The notes beneath the pieces are model-generated. The model was not told the DNA's origin. It made no database searches and saw only the letters and a program-made list of their open reading frames with translations. This document shows, in pieces, positions 1-8,200 of a stretch of DNA of 64,000 nt. Where the stretch lies: contig JAFUPN010000014.1 in assembly GCA_017481205.1 (NCBI GenBank), positions 17,500-81,499 on the forward strand, in the 5' to 3' direction. This DNA is from Clostridia bacterium. GTDB taxonomy: Bacteria > Bacillota > Clostridia > UMGS1810. A program made the translations under genes and the position numbers. Every line of letters begins with the position of its first letter. Positions within the stretch are counted from its first letter, which is position 1.

Positions 1-1595
1 GCCATTCGATTTGCAGAGGTGGTGTAAAAGCTCTTTCCGGCAAAAACTTCTTCCGGCACACCCTCGGAAGTTATCCCTCCGTCAAAAACAAGAGCGCATC
101 GGTCCGCATACTCCGCACAAAATTCTATATCATGGGAAACCATTACCACGGTTATCCCCTTTGCCCTGAGCTCATACAGTATATCTGCAAAAATCATCTT
201 AAAATATGCGTCCATACCCTTTGTGGGCTCGTCCAAGAGCAAAATCCCGGGCTCATGTAGCAAGACCTTGGCAAGAGCCGCCCTCTGCTGCTCGCCGCCG
301 GACAAATCATAGGGATGGCTGTCTAAAAACCCGTCTATGCGGCAAAGCGCTGCCATGGATTTTACTGCAATTTCCTTTTCTGATACCGAAAGCTTTTTGT
401 ATGAAAGTGCTTCCATAAGGTCAAAAAACACAGTCTTTTTTACAAACAATGTCTGCGGATTCTGCGGAAGAACCCCAAGGACGCCGCCATACAGATTGTC
501 AATCTCAGAGAGTCTGTGTCCCATCACAAGCACCTCTCCCCTGTACGGCTTATTAAGACCGCTTATAAGTGACAGTGCCGTGGTCTTGCCTGTGCCGTTG
601 CCGCCGACAATGGCATACAGCTCACCGGGATAAACACTGAGGCTGAGCCCTTTTACAACATCGGGAAGATTTTTTTCGTACCTGAACCATACATCCTTAA
701 CCTCAATAACCGGTGTTTCTGTATATTTTCTTTCTTCTCTTTTTTCTATAAGCTCGGGATAAAGCCTGTGGCTGCCGGCATATTCTTCAATAGCATTTCT
801 GCCCTCGCGCACTGTAAGGGGGCTTTTTTCATCCGGTGCCAGAGCTCCGAAAATGCGCATGGGAGCGGGCAGAGCATAATACATATCATGATTTTTAAGT
901 ATTTTGCCCGTTTCTGCCGGAGGGCAGTCGGCAATAATTCTGCCGCTGTCTACAACCACCACTCTGTCGGATATAGGAAAAGCATCTTCAAGACGGTGCT
1001 CAGTAAGAATAACGGTAGTACCCAGCTCACGATTGATTTTTTCAAGAGATTTCAAAAATTCCTGAGCCGCTATGGGGTCGAGCTGACTTGTGGGCTCATC
1101 CAGTATTAGGACCGACGGCTGCATTACCATAACAGAGGCAAGGCTCAGCAGTTGCTTCTGACCGCCGGAAAGCTCTGTAATCTTCTTGTGAAACCAGGTC
1201 TGTATGCCGAAAAACGATGCCATTTCCGCTACTCTTGCCCTTATCTCGGGAGTAGAATACCCTAGGCTCTCCAGACCGAAAGCAAGCTCATGCCACACCT
1301 TGTCCGTGACAATCTGATTGTCGGGATTTTGCTGCACAAAGCCAATTTCTGACGCCTGCTGCCTTGCATCTGCATCAGAAAGCGGTTTGCCGTTAAAGCA
1401 AATACTTCCGCTCAGTCTGCCGCAGGGTGCAAGAGAGGATTTGAGCAGTCTGAGCAAGGTTGTTTTTCCACAGCCGGATTTGCCGCACAGGGTTATAAAT
1501 TCCCCTTGATTAACAGTGATATTTATATCCGAAAGAGTATTCTCTTCTCTGCCGGGATATGCAAAATTCAGATTTTCGATTTTATAGCTTTCCAT
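1..1595 (-). CDS. ECF/ABC transporter ATPase with two fused ABC domains (EcfA-A' / YkoD-like); the 3' end runs off the window
   Basis: Absent from the ORF track because it leaves the window. My translation from the ATG at 1595 (minus) gives MESYKIENLNFAYPGREENTLSDINITVNQGEFITLCGKSGCGKTTLL, which contains a Walker A. A second Walker A (GGNGTGKTT) is encoded near 560-600. It overlaps the upstream EcfT gene by 28 nt. Confidence 0.85.
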   Translation of the reverse strand, partial: MESYKIENLNFAYPGREENTLSDINITVNQGEFITLCGKSGCGKTTLLRLLKSSLAPCGRLSGSICFNGKPLSDADARQQASEIGFVQQNPDNQIVTDKVWHELAFGLESLGYSTPEIRARVAEMASFFGIQTWFHKKITELSGGQKQLLSLASVMVMQPSVLILDEPTSQLDPIAAQEFLKSLEKINRELGTTVILTEHRLEDAFPISDRVVVVDSGRIIADCPPAETGKILKNHDMYYALPAPMRIFGALAPDEKSPLTVREGRNAIEEYAGSHRLYPELIEKREERKYTETPVIEVKDVWFRYEKNLPDVVKGLSLSVYPGELYAIVGGNGTGKTTALSLISGLNKPYRGEVLVMGHRLSEIDNLYGGVLGVLPQNPQTLFVKKTVFFDLMEALSYKKLSVSEKEIAVKSMAALCRIDGFLDSHPYDLSGGEQQRAALAKVLLHEPGILLLDEPTKGMDAYFKMIFADILYELRAKGITVVMVSHDIEFCAEYADRCALVFDGGITSEGVPEEVFAGKSFYTTSANRM

Positions 1596-2461
1596 ACTGC
1601 CGCCTCCCTTATTTCAATTATAACCGGCACTGCGCAAAGCACAAGATATGCCGCAAAAACACTTGCTCCGTACAACGAAAACAGCTCTCCCCTCATGGAC
1701 GGGAAATACCTGAAATATATACCTCCTGCAAGATTGCCGCAAAAAACATATATTCCCAGAAACAGTATAATCAAAAACACAAGCCCGTCCCGCTTGTCAA
1801 ATCTGAATATAGAAAAAGCTGTTCTTCCCGGCAGACCGTAGCCCCGGGATTTCATACTGTCGGCTGTGTCTATGGAGTTCTCTAACGCCCATGTTACCGT
1901 AACCGACAAAATGGAAAGCCCTTGCTTCGCTCTCTTTATGATACTACCCTGTGAAAAGTCCCTGCCCATACATCTCTGTGCATTGGCAACCGCCTTCAGC
2001 TGAGAGGCAAACCTCGGCACAAACCGCAGAGTCATTGACAAAATAAGCGAAAGCGCAGGTATGACTCTGCCGAAGAGATATATGAATTTGTCACTTGTCA
2101 TAACCGCATTATAGCATGAAAACCAGCATATAACCGTAACAAGCATAACCGCCGCCGCAATGCCGTATACAGCTGATTCCAGCGTCAGCGGATTTCCATC
2201 GGGCAGGTATCGGAGGATGGTTACCCCCTCATGGTTGAATACGGGGTTGACAAGTGCCGCCGCAAGCATCACAGGCAGCATATAAAGGATGTTTGTCTTA
2301 AGTGCTTTTTTGCCGTTTAAAAGCAAAGAGTATATAAAGCTGCACACAAATGATATGCAAAGGCACACCGGATGCATAAAAAACATAGAAAAGCCGATGA
2401 CAAACAGAAAATATATAAAATTTACAATCGGATGATATGTTTTGAAACCGTTCATACTCAT
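1568..2461 (-). CDS. ECF transporter transmembrane (T) component, EcfT/CbiQ family
   Basis: 297-aa polytopic membrane protein located between a DUF4430 gene and the fused ATPase. Its start overlaps the upstream stop in an ATGA arrangement. Confidence 0.75.
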   Translation of the reverse strand: MSMNGFKTYHPIVNFIYFLFVIGFSMFFMHPVCLCISFVCSFIYSLLLNGKKALKTNILYMLPVMLAAALVNPVFNHEGVTILRYLPDGNPLTLESAVYGIAAAVMLVTVICWFSCYNAVMTSDKFIYLFGRVIPALSLILSMTLRFVPRFASQLKAVANAQRCMGRDFSQGSIIKRAKQGLSILSVTVTWALENSIDTADSMKSRGYGLPGRTAFSIFRFDKRDGLVFLIILFLGIYVFCGNLAGGIYFRYFPSMRGELFSLYGASVFAAYLVLCAVPVIIEIREAAVWKAIKSKI

Positions 2462-3456
2462 TCTCCTGCTGCAGAATTGTGCCTGCCGATATCCATACCG
2501 AGCTCACATGTGTATATCCACTCAATCCTGTCTCCGTTCTTAAGCTGATACCGAGAACAGCCATAATTCGGAAACCATCCGTTGACCCGGTACATCCAGC
2601 CGGAGAGCTCTCCGCAGTCGTATTCATACAGATTGCCTATACCCTCGATATATGCACTGTTGTATATAGGTGTATTTACAAATTCCATATGAATTTTGTT
2701 TTTCTTCATTTCTCTAACAAGCACATTGAACACACTTTCGCCCTCATAGAAGGTAACAGTCTGCTCCTCATATATCACGCCGTTATCAGGCACAAGCTCC
2801 GTCTTTTCCCGGTCAAGCCGGGCAATATTGGCAAGGATTGTGTCACAGCGCACTGACAGCGTACAGGTGTATTTCCTATCCGATATAACGACATTATCAG
2901 GCTCTACAGGTATGGGTCTGCCCTCTGGCACAGGGGCTGTCATATACCTGTCTTTTCCTGTCTCTTCATCAAGCTGCATACCCTTGTTTTGAGAATAGTC
3001 TCTGTCTCCTGCTTCTGCATTATGGTAATAATTCTGCACCGTGCTATCTTCAGGAGCAGTTTTCTCTTCAGCGGTCAAAGGAGCCTCGACTGACCTCTGC
3101 GGTATGCTGTCTCGTGTCGCATCCCTGCCGGCTCCTCTGACAGGAATTTCTTCAACTGAATTTTCCGTGGATAAAGCTTCTCTGTCAGTATCGAATTTTT
3201 TCTTTGGGTCTGACGTGTTTTTTTCAGCCCCAGCCTTGCCGGAAATGCCTGCTTCTTTTGATTCACCCTCCGGCAAGTCCCCGGGCTCTGCCGCACCTTC
3301 AACAAGCTCCTTATCTGCAATATGTGTGACAGCAGTATCCTCTGTCTGCATATTCAATCCCCGGAGCCCGGGCGCGTCTCCGCCCCACCAGTATACAAAT
3401 ATCAAAACAAGGGCGATAACCGCACCGGCTATGATTTTATTCTTATGTTTTTTCAT
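2458..3456 (-). CDS. Membrane-anchored DUF4430 (transcobalamin-like C-terminal domain) protein
   Basis: N-terminal TM segment (IIAGAVIALVLIFVYWW), a low-complexity E/P/A linker, and a C-terminal domain ending GELSGWMYRVNGWFPNYGCSRYQLKNGDRIEWIYTCELGMDIG. The same motif occurs in the giant protein upstream. Confidence 0.75.
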   Translation of the reverse strand: MKKHKNKIIAGAVIALVLIFVYWWGGDAPGLRGLNMQTEDTAVTHIADKELVEGAAEPGDLPEGESKEAGISGKAGAEKNTSDPKKKFDTDREALSTENSVEEIPVRGAGRDATRDSIPQRSVEAPLTAEEKTAPEDSTVQNYYHNAEAGDRDYSQNKGMQLDEETGKDRYMTAPVPEGRPIPVEPDNVVISDRKYTCTLSVRCDTILANIARLDREKTELVPDNGVIYEEQTVTFYEGESVFNVLVREMKKNKIHMEFVNTPIYNSAYIEGIGNLYEYDCGELSGWMYRVNGWFPNYGCSRYQLKNGDRIEWIYTCELGMDIGRHNSAAGE

Positions 3457-3469
3457 CAGATTCCACTCC

Positions 3470-5113
3470 CTACAAAAGCTCTGCCCTGCTCAGCATATTA
3501 AATACCATCTGAGCAATTTCTGCTCTGGTAACAGCCTCTTTCGGCTTGATTTCCATATTATCATCGGGCAGAATACCCTCGTCATAACAAAAAGCCAGTG
3601 AGCTTACCGCCCATGACTGAGCCTTTACATAGTCAAAAAATGCCGCCAAAATGTCTCTCGCCTCATAAATATCATATTCCGTATCCATTCCGCACAGCTT
3701 TGCAGCTCTCGCCACCATAACCGCCGCTTCCTCACGGGTGATTGTTCCGTGGGGATTAAATTCCGTATCGGAAACACCGTTTACTATTCCATAGGAATAA
3801 GCAGTATTCACATAATCAACAAACCAGTCCGAGACGGTCATATCCGAAAAAGCTTCGCCGTTTTTCACCGGAAGTCCAAGACCTTTCACAATAATCGTAG
3901 CAAACTCAGCTCTTGTCATGGTGCTGTCAGGCTCAAAGAAAGAATCAGCCTTGCCGTTTATAATCCCCCTTGATGACAGAGCCTCTACAGCGGATTGGTT
4001 GTCATGACCGCTGATATCGTCAAAGCTTTTGCCCGGGAATATAACATCCATTTTCTTGACATCTGGATTTTTGCCCATGAGCCCCACGGCAACACTGTCT
4101 GTCGGCTGAGATATTTTAACAGAGTCTGTTATGCGATAAAGGCTGCTCTGACCGCACAGCAGACGTTTTACCGCCACCAGTCCGTAAAAGCCCTGCTCTG
4201 TCGCCATCTGATCTGAGCCGTTGCCCTCAGTTGTATGCTTAAAACCGCAGTCCTTGTCATAATAGGTCAGCAAGCTGTCAAGCATAGTATTGCCGTTTTT
4301 TACAAAGCGAGGGTCGTCAAGGGATATTCCCAACTCACACAAAGCAACTATCATCTGCACGCAGCTTTCAGAATTTTCTGTATTGCGGCTTGAAAAGCCT
4401 CCATTTTCATTTTGCATTGCAGACATACAGGAAATGGCTTTTCCGGTTGCCGCCTTCACTCTTTCATCATCCTGATATTTGGCAAGAGCCTGCAGCACCA
4501 TGCCTGTTATATCCGGGTCAGAAGCCATATCATCGCCTTCTGCAGACCCGTTGCTGCCAAGCAGAGACCAGCCTCCGTCAGGGAGCTGACATTCTAAGAT
4601 ACGGTCAACATACATTTCTCTTGTCGCCTGTACCACGGCACCGGAATTATGTGGCATATCGTAATTACCGCTGTCCAGGGCAAGTAAAGCCCAAACAGGA
4701 CCGTTAATGCCCTGCCATATTGTTTTTTCATAATCACCAAGAGGTGTCAGGAGATTGAAGCCTGCCACATCTGCAGGATTTTTATCTATTGCGGTAATTG
4801 TTATTATAAGGCGGGAATACTCTGTATATTTTTTGTCATGCAGCACACCGCCGCAGTCTTTAACATATTTTTCTACGGTCTGATAATAATTTTCAAAATA
4901 TTCATCAGGAATATCAGCACCGCTTCGTGCAAGTCCTAAAACACACCATTCACCGCCGATAGAGCCAATCTGTGGATTCGGCACTGCTTCACACAGATAT
5001 TCTGCAATATCGCTTACTATAGTATTTACTGTACCATTATCTGCGGCAAGAGTCTGTACCGACAGGCTGAAAATCATTATCATGCATATAAAAATTGACA
5101 GTGTTTTTTTCAT
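3470..5113 (-). CDS. Secreted alpha/alpha-toroid (prenyltransferase/terpene-cyclase-like repeat) protein with three C-terminal SLH domains
   Basis: Start moved to MKKTLSIFICMIMIFSLSVQTLAA (signal peptide) with RBS AAAGGAG. Toroid-type repeats are present (PVWALLALDS, PDGGWSL, DITGMVLQALAKY, NENGGFS). Three SLH-like repeats include FDDISGHDNQSAVEALSSRGIINGK. Confidence 0.75.
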   Translation of the reverse strand: MKKTLSIFICMIMIFSLSVQTLAADNGTVNTIVSDIAEYLCEAVPNPQIGSIGGEWCVLGLARSGADIPDEYFENYYQTVEKYVKDCGGVLHDKKYTEYSRLIITITAIDKNPADVAGFNLLTPLGDYEKTIWQGINGPVWALLALDSGNYDMPHNSGAVVQATREMYVDRILECQLPDGGWSLLGSNGSAEGDDMASDPDITGMVLQALAKYQDDERVKAATGKAISCMSAMQNENGGFSSRNTENSESCVQMIVALCELGISLDDPRFVKNGNTMLDSLLTYYDKDCGFKHTTEGNGSDQMATEQGFYGLVAVKRLLCGQSSLYRITDSVKISQPTDSVAVGLMGKNPDVKKMDVIFPGKSFDDISGHDNQSAVEALSSRGIINGKADSFFEPDSTMTRAEFATIIVKGLGLPVKNGEAFSDMTVSDWFVDYVNTAYSYGIVNGVSDTEFNPHGTITREEAAVMVARAAKLCGMDTEYDIYEARDILAAFFDYVKAQSWAVSSLAFCYDEGILPDDNMEIKPKEAVTRAEIAQMVFNMLSRAELL

Positions 5114-5266
5114 TTTTTCAACTCCTTTATAAAACGGCAAAAGCGAGCAGTCTGATTTTAAGGTCAGACTGTCCGCCATAATGCCATAGCCAAAACAAAG
5201 TGATCCGAAATCTGATTTTTAGCGGCAGATTTTTGCTTTCGTTACATTAAAACATTCGGCAATTCC

Positions 5267-8200
5267 TTATTTTTCTATATTTCTGCAAAAGCGCATAAGA
5301 ATTGCCGCGGTCTGTGCGCGTGTTGCAGTTGTCTTGGGAGATATGCTTGTTTCGCTTATGCCTTTTATAAGCTCTGCAGCATTTGCCCATTTAACTGCGT
5401 CAAGTGCATAGATGCTGATTTCATTTACATCTGTAAAGCCTGCAAGCTCTGATGTCTTATGAGTATCGTAGCCCTTGAGCCTTGCATAACGATAAATAAC
5501 AGCCGCCATCTGCTCACGGGTTATATTATCATCCGGAGCAAATTCTGTTTCGTTTACGCCATTTACAACTCCGCTCTCTGCCGCCCACGCAACTGCTTCT
5601 GCATACCATTCTCCGTCAGATACATCAGCAAATAGGTGTGTTCTTTCCTTTTTTTCAGGATTTTCAAGACGGTATAGAACAGCCACAAGCATTGCTCTTG
5701 TCATGTTACTGTCCGGAGCAAATTCAGTGTTGGAAACGCCCTTGAACAGGTTATTTTCTACTGCATAGCCAATTGCCTCTTCGTACCATGAGCCTGCTTC
5801 AACATCCACAAACTCTGTCAGCGCTTCTGACTTTTCTGCTTCACCCTTAGTCCATTTAGCATAGAGGGTAAGGCTGCTTGTTACCTTTGTTGAAAAGTCA
5901 TATTCTGTTGTCAGAGCCTCATCTGTGTACCAGCCCGCAAAGGTATAGCCGTCTTTTTCCGGAGTAGCAGGCTTGGTTACTGTGCCCTTCTTGGCAATGC
6001 TCTGACTGCTGACTGTACTTCCGCCGTTTGTTTCAAACTTAACTGTACAGGTCGATGAGGAACCGACCGAGGATGAAGAACCTCTTGAGTTATCACCGAT
6101 ATCATCACCAAGCTCTCTCGTATAAAGCCATTCTACATAATCTCCTTCGGAGAGACTGTACAAGGATGCGGAATAATCGGAGAAATCTCCGTTTACACGG
6201 TACATCCATCCGCTTTCTGCACCTTCATCAAATTCAGCCAATCCTTCAATGGATTTTACATAGATACCGTAAGCGCTTTTTGTTACTTCAACATCCAATC
6301 CGGTTTTATTAAGAAGGTCGTATACTGTATGGCCCTCCTCCATTGAATAGGATGTTTTCTTAAGATATGTCTTCCCCTTAGGGTCGGCAACCCTGATATA
6401 AACAGTAATGCTATCATCAGCTTCGCCGCCCGAGCCGCCTGAACCGCCGGTACTTCCGGCAGTAACATTCATTTTGCAGACAGCCGGAACAATAGAACCG
6501 TCATCCGCATAAGCCATTACATAATAGCTACCGACACTTGCCGCATTTGAGAAGCTGATGCTGACCTGACCGTCGGAATTGGTGGTCAATGTTTTCTGTA
6601 TGCCGTTATTGTTGCCCAGGAACACAACATTTGCACCAGAATACGGGGAGAACACAGGTGCCCAGTTATTATTCTCATCATAACCGCTGTGATAGTTTAA
6701 TGTCAGTTTTACAGCTTCACCGGCAGTAACAGATACCTCGTTCTCAGCAAAATAAGAGTAAGCATCACTCCATCCTGCTGCATCAAAATAATTGAATGCA
6801 GTAAGATAATCGCCGTCTTTAACCTCATCTTCAAGACTCCAGCAGCCTGCATTATTTAGCCAATATCCCGCAGTTGCCGAAGCTCCTTGGGTGCCCTTGC
6901 CCCAAAGTATTGCCAGAGACAAGCCGTAGGAACCGTTATAGGAGCTGTAACCGGCAGCCGCACCTCCCTGATAATAAGTCTCATGAGCGCAATAAAGCGC
7001 TTCGTCTACAGTAAGAACACCGTTTTTATCAAAGTCTGTAACAGTTACAGGTGCCTGTGCCACATAACCTCCGCTCCTATCCTTAACAATAGTGCCGTCT
7101 GAAGCAATGGTTACATAAACAACAGAAGAAGCTTCACCCTTATTGCCTGAGTCAGAACCCTCCCCGGTGCTTGTATCATCATACTCAGCACCTGTTACAC
7201 CGAAATTCCAATAAGAAATATTTTCCTTATGAGCCTTTCTGTATGCGTCATAAGCCTGCATAACCTGAACTGTTGCCATCGGGTTGACTTTATCCCCATA
7301 GAAATAACCGTTTCCATTTGCATTGCGGTACTCATCAATAGCAGTTATTATGTTGTAATAAGTGTTGCCAAAACCATTATCGGAATCAGTAACATCTATT
7401 TTAAGAACCGATAATGCCAGAAGAACCTGAGCCGTGGTATTGGAGTTGTCTGCATAGGTATAGTTATCAGAAATTGCATTCTTAATGTAGTCAAGTGCCT
7501 TGCTTACAGATGCCGCCACTGCTTCATCATCTTGATACGGAGCCAATGCCTGCAGGCAGATTGCTGTCATGTCCACATCGCCGCCGGCGTTGTCGTACAA
7601 TCCAAATCCGCCGTTTGCAGCTTGGAATTTCAGCAGCTCTGTGATTATTTTATTTCTGCTCCATACAACTGTGTCAGGAATTGTTGTATCGGCTGCATCC
7701 AATGCAAGGAGAGCATATGCCAGCTCATTAGAACCGTCTGCCAGCTTCGTGCTGTCATAAATCAGCTCTGCCAGATTAACGCCGTCAATATCTGTGATAT
7801 CTTTCCCCATTGCGGTCAGCGCCAGAGCTGTACGTTCTGCATCTGTAGGCTTTACATCAGCAGTCCATGCACTGACTTCAGCAGCAACAGATTCATAATA
7901 TTCATCAAGTATATCCTTGTCAATAGCCTTTCCTGCACGGAGAAGTGCTGTAATATACCATTCAAAGCCATATGTGACGCCATCTCCCTCATGCAGCCCG
8001 GTAAGCTGCTGCTGAAGATAATCGGCAGATGACGCAATACCTCCGCTTATTATTTTATAAACATCCGGAGCTTCCTCTGCTTCGCCGTTCACAGTTACGG
8101 TAAAGGTTACCGGCTGTGCCCCTCCTGTTGTATCGATAGGGGTTCCGGTTATGGTTACTGTACCTGCCGATAAAGCACGGATTGTATATTCGCTGCTGAG

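Noticed and set aside
5114-5266. The hairpin CAGTCTGA-N8-TCAGACTG followed by a T-containing tail, between the giant gene and the next SLH gene, could be an internal terminator splitting the B12 operon.
   Set aside because: The tail is weakly U-rich (CTCGCTTTTGCCGTTTT) and the downstream genes have no obvious promoter of their own. It is more likely a partial attenuator or stabiliser, so I kept the genes in one riboswitch-controlled unit.
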